DNA of 56,378 nt, taken from NCBI GenBank assembly GCA_010356995.1, contig ML996698.1, forward strand, positions 62,001-118,378, in the 5' to 3' direction. Each line of letters opens with the position of its first letter. The first letter of the stretch is position 1. Below, in pieces: positions 1 through 12,628 of the stretch. The notes beneath the pieces were generated by a model. The model saw nothing but the letters and a program-made list of their open reading frames with translations. It was not told the origin of the DNA and did not search any database. This DNA is from Trichodelitschia bisporula (taxonomy: Eukaryota). Made by a program: the position numbers and the translations under genes.

Positions 1-1383
1 TCTTGAGTCGGCCTCCCGGTCTCCCGAGATGTACGGTTGGATGTTCTCGCCTTCGGCCCATGCTGCGAAGTCGAGCAGATTTGTCGTTGCCTGGTCGGAT
101 AGATCGCTGATCACATCACGGTTGAAGCAGGGCTGGACCTCGACGGCACGCGAGAGGTAGACAACTTTAGTCTCCGACTAGGCCCGTCAGCAGCGTCACG
201 GAGCAGTAACCAAAGAATCCCGACCTTCGACGTCTTATCCCACTGCGACTAGTCAGCGAGAGCCCAGGGACAGCAAAATGGTAGATTCAGACCTTTTTCA
301 GAATCTTGGAAAAGGCAGCCGCGTTGATCTCGATGAATTGCTGCTAGCCATCAGCCCCAGGTCCTTGAAATGCGATTCGTGCGTACCTGAAGTTTCGTCA
401 GGTCGCTGCTGAACTGGTGGAAGCCCTCTTCAAGGGCGATGTAGCGCGAGGAAAGACGGGAGGCATGTGTTTGCTGCGATTGCATCGACCGCTTCTGGTC
501 GAGCAGTGATGAGAGGCGGAGTTTAAGCTGTGATTCATTAGCTTCCGCTTACGGATGGCCCGGTTGACGTACCTCTGCTTCCTTTTGCAGGTAGAAGGTG
601 TTGACCTTCTCGAGTTCCCGCTCCTATCCAACTGTCAGCTTCCGGTCCCACAAAGTTCAGGCATCGGATCGATCATCTGGCAGGGCAAATGGACTTATAA
701 ACAGCAGCTTCCGAGCCCGGCCTCCCGACTGAGCGTCAAGGCACGCCGATGCCTCTGCCTCCACCAAGTCCCTCCCGGTGCCAGTACACGCATCTAGCTC
801 ATCCAGCGCTCCAATCCGCAAAAGAAATAGCAACGGATCTAATAGGCAACCCACCAGTCGAAAGAAAAAGGTAGCCTTATTCGCCTGCAACGCCTGCTGC
901 GGATCAACGACCTCACCAGGCGCAATCCCCTCATTCTGAGCCGGGAGGATAGGCGTCGCGCTCAGCGCCTTGATAAGCTGTAGGAACTATCAGCATCCAT
1001 CTCAACCCCAAAAGAACGGGGGAAGGGTATCGCTATACCTTTTTCAGCGCCTTGTAATCCACAAAGCTCGCTGCATACTCTGGAATCTCCAGCTGGCGCT
1101 TCTGGATATGCTTGCCGAACTTCCTGTTAGTAGCAGGGGCGCGTCAACACAGAATAGACAAACAAAAAACAGCGCCGTCTTACGCTGGTGTCAAATTCAA
1201 AGAGGGAGTCTAGGGAGTCATGGCGGGGCATGGTACACGACGACGACAACGACAACACGGAAAGTAGGAAGGGTTCACACGAAAATTCAAGCGGGAGGAA
1301 AAATTCAAGGGTTAGGGTTTGGGGAAGGGGACGGGTAAGGGAGGGGGAAGGGATTGCATGAAGCGGTAGCGGAAAACGTACAT
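1..1383 (-). CDS. nuc-2: SPX-domain (ankyrin repeat) CDK inhibitor NUC-2/Pho81, 5' part; the gene continues off the left edge
   Basis: The spliced translation reads MKFGKHIQKRQLEIPEYAASFVDYKALKK|LIKALSATP...QANKATFFFRL...ILKK|WDKTSK|SETKVVYLSRAVEVQPCFNRDVISDLSDQAT, the SPX N-terminus of fungal NUC-2/Pho81. The start codon is split AT (1383-1382) | intron 1381-1124 | G (1123). Several short GT-AG introns follow. Confidence 0.92.
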
Positions 1384-3961
1384 GGTGTTCACGGGTTATC
1401 AACGAGCCGCCTCCTTGCAGCAAGGCCTCGTAACGGGGTAGCGTCCGCTCGCCGCGGACACCTCAGCCTGCAGCGAGCAGAGAGGGGCAAGCGGTTCGAC
1501 AAGCGTGGGGTGCAAAGAATCTCGAACAGACAGCCGTCAGCTACGTTTTCTGCCCTGAACTCGGTGCCAACGCAACGGGGGGGATCCGGAGATCTGGGTT
1601 GGCAGAGTCAGCGCGTACAGCGGGAGGGGGATGGGGGACGCAGCGAATGGGCCAGCACACAGCGCGGTGTTCAATGGCCGAAAGGGGAAACTGGGGGGGA
1701 AAAGAATGCGAGAGATGGGGCAGATGGTGTACCTCTTGAGGCGTTGGGGGAGCGGCGTGCAGGGCGGCGTTAGCAACGAATTCCGAGCACTTCGCCCTAT
1801 GGCGCGGGAACGTGGCCGGGATACGAGGCGTGAGGCGTACCCTTGACCTGTCCAAAGGCTGACGATGAGAGGATCGGAGAAGCCTAAATGGCTCGAAGGA
1901 CAGAATGCTGCGTTGTTGGCGGAGCTGGCTGCCTCGGTCGTGGGGAGGTGATGCAGTATGTTGAAAGATGCAGGTGGTGAGGGGTGGGGTGGGTCTCGAC
2001 CGCAATCACCAGGTTAGCTGCGATGGTCCCCGGCGTTTTGAAGCTTCTTCGACGATGACGTTTCCCGCAAATAGTTAGTGCGGTCAGGTGCCAGCGGAGA
2101 TGTTTGCTCCTCCTCTGGGGGGAAGATGGAAGCAATCGGTTGGCCCTATGACTGCGAAAGCTGCGAGTAGATGTGGCGCGCGGAAAACCCCCGCTGTTTG
2201 GACGGTGGTGAGGTGGCGGATAGAGGGGCACGCGTTTAGCCGAGAGATTCGACGTCTTTCTCCTGCAGTCTTGGTTGGCAAGTGAATGATAATGGAGGCT
2301 ACGGTGTACCGTACGTGCAGATCAATGGAAGCTGAGCTCGATAGCAGTCCGAAGCGGCTTTCACCGGGGCTGGCAAGCAAATTCCAGCATGTGACGAGGC
2401 AATCGATTCCACGGCGACGGGAGAAAGGAAAGGGGAGGCCGCAAAGGCTCGTACGTAAACCGAATAATTGGAGCAACACATGCGAGACGTGGATTAGTAT
2501 CTTGCCATGCGATGCAATGCGGCGCATCAGCTCCCAAGGGTATGGAGTCTGGAGTCGTTAGTTTCCAGTGTCGGGGGTTTGTCGTCGGAGCACTACTCAC
2601 TAAGAGAGCAGCTAGCAAAAGAGAACCGAACCAGCAGGCCAGCAGAGAACCCAAGCCTGACCCTCCACTCCCTTCATGCATCTCTCGGCCCGTGCCAATC
2701 AGCGCCCCGCGTTGCACAACGTGTTAGAACCTCCTGCACCCCTCAACCCGTCGCCGACAAACCTTCGGCATCATTAACCTTACTCGGCTGGCGCGCCTCG
2801 CGAACAACGCAGGCGCGTGCACGGCGTGCAAGCGCTTTGAAGAGTAAAACTTCGGCTGTACGGCCCGAGTCATAGCAGGAAGCATGACCGCAACCCCGCC
2901 CTGTTCGCGGCATCCCTTGTTGACTAATCATTCCCTACGTACCGTATGCTTACATACTCTCTCTGGCTTGTACGTTGGCTCGGTCGGCTCGTCTCTTAAG
3001 TACCGCACGAATTGGCAACCGCGGCGTCTCGATACCAGCAGCCGACTAGAACTAACCGGCCCGCCATCATAGTGCCGTGAATCGATCCCATATCGTCCCC
3101 GCCCCCCCCCGCTGCCTTCTGTTGACCAATGACGTCCCACATGCTTCCCAACTTCCCATCCCACCGACCACTCCGACCCTCAAGAGCACTATGCTGCGGT
3201 ACACAATCGCGAAACCAGTGCCTTCGAGGCACGTAGTACAAAGTGCTCAACCCCACCACCCCCCCGCACATCCACACGGGAGAGGCGTCCCGCCACCTCA
3301 CGCATTAGGCCAGCCGCATTCCCTTCTCCGGGGCCGATCGTACCGTAAACGCCACGAACCCTGCAACACCTACCCCACGAAGCCGAGCCGCATGCTGGCC
3401 TATCGTACATACAGCCCTACCTCACACCCACCAGGCCACCATCCCTCCCCTCCCTTACCACCACCACTTAGCCCTCACCAACATACGAGCACTGACAGAA
3501 AAAGTGGACTTCTATTCCTAGGCCTGACTTTTGTAGAAAGCCAGAAATGAGAGTACATGAAATTGGCCATAAGCCCCCCCCATTTTCAATCCCGGCAAAA
3601 GGAGGACATTGGTAAAAGATGAACAAGTCCAGCACAAGCCCACCCCCCTCATCACTCCCACCGGTTCGCCATCGGAAAAGTCAATAGCAGCTCAACCCGC
3701 ACGAACAAGAAGAGCAGGTTATTCATCTCCGGTAAAACTAGAAATTAGCATCCGAATCAGCCCCACATTTCCGTTGCACCCACACGCGCCAACAGGGTCG
3801 CATTACGCTGTTCGCTGCGATCAAAGTCCGTACATTTCCCAACCGTCGAAGGCATCGGTATCGCTCCCCCCTCTACGCCTAGATGTCGATGTCACTGTCG
3901 CTACCTCCAAACCGTCCCGCTGGGGCCGAGAATCCCGTTCCATCGGCAGTTCTTTGTCAAG

Positions 3962-6900
3962 TCACAACTCGTCATCGTCAAGCTCCGACGGCTTAAGCAG
4001 ACCGCCGACCTTCATCGCGCGCTCGCGCTCCGCCTCACGCGCCTGCTGGACAGCAAGCTCGCGCTCCTCAGCGAAGAGCTCGGCGTTGTCACCCGAGAAC
4101 TCCTTGAGCGAGATCAGGAAGTCGCGAAGCAGAAGCTTGAACCGGGCCTGGTCGTTGTTCGTTGCGAACAGGCCGGAGATGAAGTTGCCGATTTGGGTAC
4201 TGCAGCTGTTAGCCAGATCAAAGGTTAAAATGAAGAACTTACGGCGTCAGATTCGGGAAAGCCGTGATCAGCAGGTTGCCGACGTAGCCCCGAAGGAAGT
4301 CAGCGTTGGATGTGCCGGCCGGTGCCATCTCGGGAAGGTAGATGGGGCCGGTGATAGCGCCGCTCTCGACCAGGTTGAACATGCGCGCCAGCAGCAGGGC
4401 CTGCGACTTGAAGCCAGCCTTGTGATCGCTGTCGGTGAGCACGTAGAAGACATCCTGCAGAATGGTGGTATAGAAATTCTGGAAGAAGGCGTTGCAGATG
4501 GAGCGCTCCGCATTAGCCATGTTGTTGATGAGCTCGATGCACATAGTCAGACCAGCGCCCTCAACTTCACGGTTGTCATGCTTGCTAGCCCACACGCAGG
4601 CGTCGATAACCAGCTTAAACTGTGGACCGTCAAGCTTGAGCAGCGCATTGAAGCAGCTGTGGTTGATGGCCGTCAGCAGCTTGAAGAAGCCAACGCGGTG
4701 TTCGGGGTATTCCGAGAAGTCCTTGTTGATCATGTTCAACGTGCACTCGAACACGCTCTCGAGGATTGTCAGAACCTGGTCCTCCATCATGCCCTGCAGC
4801 TTGTTGATGATAGTGGTCATGACGTTCAGAACCTCGGGCTCACGAGCGTCAGGCAGATTGCGACGGTAGTCGGTGAGGACAGCCTCGAGGAGCTGCGGCA
4901 CCAAGTTGTTGTGAACCATCTCGTGGTCGTCCGTCTTCTCAACGTAGGTGTTGATCAGCTTCAGGATTTCCTTCTTGATGGTCCGCAGACCCCGCACCTG
5001 CGGCGTCTTCGTCGCGATGGGGCCGGAAGCCTGGACAGCACTGTCGATCAGGCCGCTCGTAGCATGGTACATCTTGAGCATGTCCAGGTAGATGCGGCCA
5101 ATCTGCGGGTAGAAGTAAGGACCGATAGAGCTACACGCCGCCACGTTGGTCTTCATGATGTTGCCAACGACCTTGATCGTGTCCGGGTCCTGGAGTGAAG
5201 CCGGGTTCTCGTTCGCGGCGGCGATAATCTGATCCCACGCGGAGTTCGGGATCGCCATAAGTTCGTTAATCAGGCGCTCCTGCATTCCCTTCTGACCCTG
5301 CGCGCTAATCATATAGCCGCAAGCTTCGTAGAAGGTATGAATCTGCTGGGGAGACAGATCACAGGTGGTGCGGCTGAGATTGCGCACAATCTCGTCGATG
5401 AACGGCTCGTGCTCGTTCGGCTGAATGGCAACGAAATGCCGCCGGCACTTGTTCGCAATCTTGATGAACGTGTCGCAGGCCATATCTTGGACACCTATGC
5501 AAAGTTAGTGTTGGTAGCCTTGTAGCAGTAGGAGACTCACCCTCGTGCGTCTCGTGCATGAATTCAAACAGCTTATTAACGACAGTCTTCAAGAACTTCC
5601 AGTGCGCCTTCAGGAAACGCGGATACTGGCCGACAATGTACATGATGTTGCTAGCAACAACAGCCTTGTTGTCCTTGCCACGCTTCATCTCGGTCAGGCC
5701 TAACAGATCCTTGATGACAGTGACTAGGAAGCGCTTTTCGGTCTCCTCATTCATGGCACCTGAGATGGAGCCGATTGCCCAGCATAGCGTGTTGCAGTTG
5801 GCCCAAGACCACTCCGAGCCGTCAACCTGGCGGGCAAGCTTCTCCGACATGATGGTCTCCGTGTCGTGGACGTCGAGATGGGTCAGGAAGACCAGGCACT
5901 CGCGCGTCGACTTGTAAAGCTGGATCGTGTCGGACTCCTTGACAAACTCACGCACAATCTCGCCCTCGTCATTCTCCACGATCAGGACTTCCTCTGGCCG
6001 CACCATCTTCTCGATCATGACAGTACGCAGGCTCGAGAGCACCTCGGAGTACTTGTGCTTGCGCAGCGGGAAGCCGCCCATAAGGTTCGGATCCCGAGCA
6101 CCACCGTTCGTTCCAAAGCCTGCGATACCGGTCATCTGGATGAGGCTAACCTCGCTGATCGGCAGCTGCTGCATCTCATCGTAGAGATCTGAGACCAGCT
6201 TGGTCCAGTACTCAAGGCAGATCTTGAAGATCTCACGGTCGTCGATCTGGCTTATGCGGATGAGATAGAAGTGGCCGTGTGTGAGGAAATCACGGTTGGG
6301 AAGATTCTCGATGGTCTGTGAGGAAAGCGCGTCAGCTACCATACGGCGGAAACGATAAAACCCTCTATAGTAATATTGGCACAGGGGACTTACAGCCAGG
6401 TGCATGGAGAAGAACTGGGTAAGGAAAAGCGCCAGATTCTGCACAAACTCCTGATCTCGGCCGTTGCTAGACGCGTACGTGGACTTGAGATCCAGGGAAA
6501 GGGGGATGATCTTGGAAATCGCTGTGAGAGTCTCGGTGAACATCAGCACAAGCTTATCACTGTAGCTGGGCTCTGAGTTTAAGCTCGCAATTTCGGTCAA
6601 GCACTTGAGCGTGATGTTGCGGAACTCCGGTACATCCAGGAAGCGGCTGCGCAATGTCTCGATAAGGCTAGGGGCGCCCGACGGCGGCGTCTCGAACACG
6701 TAACCGATCGGGATCCAGCTGAGAAAGCGCAGTAATGTCTCCAACGTCGCCTTGATGAGGCTAGCCTGGGAGGCGGTACGCAAAATCTCCGTACACAGCT
6801 GGTAGATGGCCGTGAATTCCGAGTTCATCGTATTCTTCAGCTCCTTCGCCTTGGTCGACGTCATCTGGTCGGCCGAAAACTCAAAGATCTCTTCCGACAG

Positions 6901-7549
6901 CAGACGCAGGATGGCCATGTTGTTCTCGCAGATTGGGATGCTACTGTGGCAGGACGTGATGATCTCGTTTATGAACGTCGGCCACTTGGCCGGCCACTCC
7001 TGTTTGAGGATGTTGATTAGGGTCATGTTGAGTTTGTTCACAAGCGTCCGTTGGCTGCGGAGGCTCTCCTCGGTCGACGAACACTGGATGATGAAGTTCA
7101 CCACGAAATTGCGGATGCCTGAGATGTTAGCCCGTGTCTGGGGGTGATAGGCGCACTAACCTTGACATTGATCGCGGGGAAGGACCTTCCAGCGGGTGGT
7201 GATCACATTGTCGAGAATCTGCAGGCCGATGTCTACGCCAGTTAGCCGATGTTTTCGCGTGTCTCACAATACGTACACTTGGTCTGTGGATAGCTAGCGC
7301 TATCTAGGATCTTGTCAACCAACAGCCACGAGTCGGGGTTCTCCTTGAACTAGACTGCGGTCAGAGGACATAACGGGGAGCAGCGACGGGACGACGTACC
7401 TGGTTGAGAGCTTGTTGAGCCTGCTTTTGCTGCCGGAACAGTTAGCATCAAGGAGCTCTATATGTGGCTAGAAGAACACAAACCTGCTCGCCGCGGCCCT
7501 CGAAGAAGGCGCGCACAGTGCTATCGAGATCCTCAATGGACATAGCCAT
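3962..7549 (-). CDS. CRM1: Exportin-1 (CRM1/XPO1/KapK), multi-exon
   Basis: It starts [22 protein letters not shown] and contains [85 protein letters not shown] and [11 protein letters not shown]. It ends [12 protein letters not shown]...[16 protein letters not shown] at 3962. GT-AG introns join the two long ORFs and the small 5' exons. Confidence 0.97.
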
Positions 7550-8895
7550 GTTGCTGGTGTTCAGCCTCTGGCTCAAGCCGAGTTCTGAGCTTCCGACTGT
7601 GGAGGACTGATGATTTGTGCCAGATATGAGGCGGAGAACAAAGGGGGATTCCCGACGATAGTCGCGGGTGAGAGCGCGTCGATGGTTGCGTTGGCGGGGT
7701 ACTGGGTATCACCGTTTCGCCCAGAGGGGTTGTCTTCGCTTTGAAAGGTGACGTGGAGAAGGGTGAAGAAAGGGCGAAGAGGCGACGGATGAGGTGGTCG
7801 GGGGAAGGCGACTATTTGGAGATCGGTGGAAGACGCGGTGGGGATGGTAGGCTACAGAGTGTTGGTGTAGGTTAGTCGGTCATTCACCAGCACGAGCCTT
7901 CAACAGCGATGGAACCGCAAGTGCAGGGCATTTCTTCCGAGAGACTCTTGGCAATGGCACGCCACGGTATGCCTGGATAACCAGCCCCACCAACGTCAGG
8001 CTCCAACATCAAAGTGCTTGCTACAGTAGAACTAGAGGATAGTTGCCTAGAGTCTTTACAGCTGAAGAGACAAAGCCTTGTCCGATTGTGCGGAGGCGGC
8101 CACCATAACATCTCTCAGCAATCCAATATCCATCCTGTACTCGATGAGCCTCTCCGGCCTCATCATCACCAGCTACTCATGCGCCACAGTTTCATACAAT
8201 CCGTCGTCTGCCCGCCACCCCGCCACCTCTGTGATATCTCGATCTGATTGGTAATCGTCTGAAATACCTCTGGCCAATGGGATCTGTGGAAATGTGGAAG
8301 CTACCCGTGTGGTTGAGCCAGTATCCGACGCCAAGTATCACAACAAATGGGGACACTATATTGTCAGCACAATAAAATGGCAACATTGACAATGATACTG
8401 TGCAATGAATCTATTCACCATAATCACAGCGCCAGAGCGCACAAAAACAGTGGAGTGCTCTCCTTCACTGCACTTCAACTACGACGTCACCCCCTCACTT
8501 CACCCACAGCAACGGCAACAGCATTTGACATATTAAGTCAATTATCTACGGAGTCAGCATACGTTAGCACACTAATGTACACCAGTGCTTTTGGTGTCCT
8601 ATCCGCAGATCATCTAATAGTCCCGTAAAAGCAGCCCTCTTCCCCTAGCACCCAGCACCAGTTTACATCATTGACGCAGTTAGCAGTAGCAGAAAATGGT
8701 CATGCCAGAACCCAATCCTCCCGAGGTATCAACGAACGACAAAGCAAAGCGCATAACTCGTAAAAGTCTTCGAAACCCGCCGAAACACCAGCGCCGCCGT
8801 CATATCCTAGTTCCCGCCAGGTCACGCCGGACCCGTCCAGCAAACCCCAGCGCCAAAAAAAAAACACCGCTGCTCCCAGAGACACACATACATCT

Positions 8896-11800
8896 TCAAT
8901 TCAATGTCGACTTCCCGAGTTGCTGGAGGGTACCCCAGAACTCAAACCGCTCCTTCGTGCTCATGCCACCGAGGCTCTCTTTGCTCTGGTGACCCTCAGG
9001 GCCACCAGTCTGCGGTTGCGCCTGCACCTGCTCCCGCGGCTCGAGAATACACGAGCGGCGGTAGAACGACTGAATGCTAGCATCATTGCTGCGCACCCGC
9101 TGAATCTGCGAGTCCATCCAGTCCTGCATCTCCGGCACGGCCGCCAGCTTATACGGCACCTGGAACCGCTGCAGTTGGTCGATGATCTTAGCAACACGCA
9201 TGTACTTGTCGAAGTTGACGACCATGCGCGGCGGCGTGTCCGGATCATTCGCTGACACTGGCAGCTCGCGCATCTTCTGGTTGCCCGCGTCGACGAACGT
9301 CAGATCTGTGAGATAGATGCCGACGAAAGGAATGCATGGCGGGACGTGACCCTCCAGGCGCCGCCGCAGCGCAGCGTGGTTCCTGCTGCAGTCCACAATG
9401 GCCGTCAGTTCGTCGAAGCGACCCTTGGTTTTGGCAGACACCAGATCCCACGTCTTCCTCAGGCGCACCACCATACTCGACTGGAGCGCGCAGACAATGG
9501 CCATCAAAGAGTCGTAGTTGTGGAGGTCGAGGCATTTCATCGAGATCTTGATCCACTGCTTGATCACGAGAGCACGCTTCTTGGGCTCTTCAAGATTCAG
9601 GATGGAGTCGGTGACGAGGCTGGCAAGGTCATTAGACAGCTTCGACATGGCGCGAACGTTGACGGCGCGCGAATCGATCTTCTTCTGCCACTCGAGGTCA
9701 AGCAGCTCCTCTGGCGCAATGGAGCAGAAAATGCGCGACTCAATGATCGTAAATTGGCGCGCGATTTCTAGGGGGTCGAAATCGACAATGCTGCAGGGAT
9801 GTCCGCCGTTGCGAGCCGCTCGGAGGGCGCTTAGTTGGGATTTGGTCACGATCGGCACCGGGATCTCCTTTTCAGTGGAATTAAACAAGCTCACGGATGT
9901 ACTTGTGTGGCCCAGGGCTGAGATGAGGCGTGGCACGAGGGCTCCAGTGCGCAGGTCAGAGACCTTAGTTGCGAGTTCGGCGAGGCGTCGCCCCACTCCC
10001 GCCATCGGCGTTAACTGCAGCTGTGCGGCGAAATCCTGGATGATTGGTAGAGCCGCTGAGTCGCTCTCGCATTGCCAATGACTCTCGAGCCATCCCTTGA
10101 ACTGGTTGTAGACGCGCAGGCGGATAGGAACGCCAACCAGTGGGCTCTCGCCGGCGTATTCGTAACGCTCAACCAGGCAGGAAGCGAACTCAGAGGGCGT
10201 GGTGAACAGGCGGAAGGTGAGGTAGAAGGTGGCAACGAAATCGCCCTTCGGCGTGGACTCGTGGGTAGTAAGACGCTCGACAAGAGCCGGCAGCGAACCG
10301 CCGATAACGTGGCCAGCCTTGTTGTAGACGAGCTCATGGGCATACGTTTGGATAAGAACATGTTGCTCGGCACTGGTCTCGCTGTGGAGGGACTGCAGCT
10401 CGGCTGAACTTCCAATGCTGGCTATCATGGGGGTACTCTGCTGGGGAGAGCTTTCGGGCGTCGTGGCCCGCGTCGACGCCGACGCGAGTGACACGACGCT
10501 GCCATTTCTGGTCGGCAGGCTATTGCGCCACGAATCATCCGAGACAACGCCAGTGTTAAAGCTGTCGATCCGCACTTCACGCAGTTCGAAATCGGCCGAC
10601 TGTTCCGAGATGGGAGTATAAGTCGCCGACACGGACTCGGGCGCTGGAAAGTGAGGGGCGGGGAGTTGGTGAATTGAAGAGCGAGAAGAACGAGTGGACG
10701 CTGCTTTCGGGCTGTCCACAATGGTGACCTTGAGGCTCGGCTGAGGTTCCATAGGTGATGCTTTCGGCGTATCAGGTAAGGGCTTAGAGTCGGGGAGTAG
10801 AAGAGGCGGCGGTGGTGGTGGCCGCACGGTAGGTTCTGGCGGGGTTTCCGTAGGGGAGTTAAGAGGCTCCGAGGGAGGAGCAGGAAGCGGCTTATCGCAG
10901 AACAGAGAATGGCGTTCCGGCTTTGCGGGGTCTTCGTCTGACGAAGGCTGAGGGGTCTGCGCGAGTGTGTCGAAAACCGACTCCGCGAGCCCAAGACCGA
11001 CGTGTTCGAACTCAAAGTCGCCGATGCGCCCGATGGCAGTCTGAGCCTTGGACACGCACTCCCCCGCTGCACGGATACAGCTGGTTGTCGTCATGATCAG
11101 TTCCTTGCGACTGCCGACGACGTTCTCGCTCATCTCAGTCTGGTCGAACATGTCTTTGGTCGCTTGCACCAACTCCGCCAGCTTTGCGTACATGACGTCG
11201 CGAGCGTCGGCCAGGGCGTCGGATCGGCGGCCGTCGCGAGCCCATACCTCTTCAACGATGTCGAGAAGCAAACGGCAGGCAGTAACAGACTGGTCGGTGG
11301 CTGACTTGAGGTCGTCGTGCGGGCGTTCTGAGTAGTGCAACCCGATAAAAGTACCTAGCAAGCTTAGGAAAGAGTCGAGTGCAAGAGCGAGACGCTCCGA
11401 TGCAAGGTTCTTTCGTTGCGCGCTACCGCTGGCGTACGACAGGCGATGCGAGATTGAGATCCGCTTGGCCGGCAGGGATACCGGGCGCGCTACATGCGTT
11501 GGCTGGGCCACAACAGCGGCCGGCGCCAGTGCATGAATGGCGTCGAGCGGGGCTGTGCTGGCATAGGATTCTGAAGGTGACACAGGGACGTCGCTGTCCG
11601 ATGTGACGGGCGTTTGCTCGGGAACGAGTTCGCCATCCTGGTTGGCCGGCTCCTGCGCATCAACGGGTGGCGTGAGTGGTCGCTGATCGGAGTCAGGTAT
11701 GCTGTACCGCCGCGAGCCATAATGCTCGTTCCAGATGTCGAGGAAGCGGACCGCACGGACGACCACCCTGCATGCCTTGAGCACAAGGCTATCGAGCAAC

Positions 11801-12628
11801 TCGAAGATCTTGAGCGACTTTGGTGTCTCCTCGCACACGATCCGCAGTTCTTTCGAGATGCGCACGAGGCCAGAGAGGTCAACTAGTAGCGTTTTGCGAA
11901 CCTTGCGGAGACCAATGTGGTTGACAATGGGCGGTGAATCGCGCGAGAGCGAGTCGGTGTGTTCCTGAGCTGTTAATTCGTATCCCAGTCGAGACCGGCA
12001 CACTTACAAGGAAGCAACGAACGCCAGCAATCATGCCCTTCACGTAGTCGCGTTCCAGCAAAATCGTCATTACTTGCTGTTCGCCCGTCCGAACCAGATC
12101 CCAGAGCTGCGTTAACGCATCCAGCAACGTCTGGATAGCGTCGTGGTGGTAGGGCTCGCAGTAGTTTGTGGGCAACCAACCCCGGTCTCCCGACGAGAGA
12201 ATGGTACCGTCAGCCCAGCCATTAGGGTGAATCGAATGGACCAAAATGACGTCGCCCTGGTTGATGGGAACCGTGATTGACGATTCGTCGGTAGATGAGT
12301 CCACAGTCGACGAAGGATGAAAGTGGTAATAGGCGCGAAGGTAGTTGTGGAAAGTGCTCGTTTCGATCTCTACGCGCAGCGCTTCCCGTGAGGCTCGCGG
12401 TGTCAATGGCGGCGAAATCTGCGAATGTTGCGAGCGTGTCGAGGCTTTGCGCTGAGCAACTGCGGTTGAGCCGGCCGCAGGAGCTGTTTGCACCTCGACT
12501 GTCTGTAAATGTGGCTCGCCATTGACGGCGCTGACAGCGACACCAATGCGCGTTGGCAGATAGACTTCCGATACTGGTTCCTCCTCTTGCTCCTCGGCCA
12601 TGCGTCGTGGATTTGCGATGGACAACAT
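8896..12628 (-). CDS. CDC25: Cdc25-like Ras guanine-nucleotide exchange factor (SH3 + REM + RasGEF), about 1229 aa
   Basis: SH3-like segment (YLRAYYHF...GWADGTILSSGDRGWLPTNYC), REM (GGSLPALVERLT...FYLTFRLFTTP) and catalytic domain (DFDPLEIARQFTIIE, HNYDSLMAIVCAL, PCIPFVGIYLTDLTFVDAGN, VNFDKY). A 43-nt intron (12007-11965) joins the two ORFs in frame. Confidence 0.92.

Noticed and set aside
1809..2724. CACGTT-type (Pho4/NUC-1) sites upstream of nuc-2
   Set aside because: Only two isolated hexamers were noticed, which is compatible with chance.
3609..5198. 529-aa plus-strand ORF
   Set aside because: It is the antisense shadow of the CRM1 coding exons in a GC-rich, codon-biased gene.
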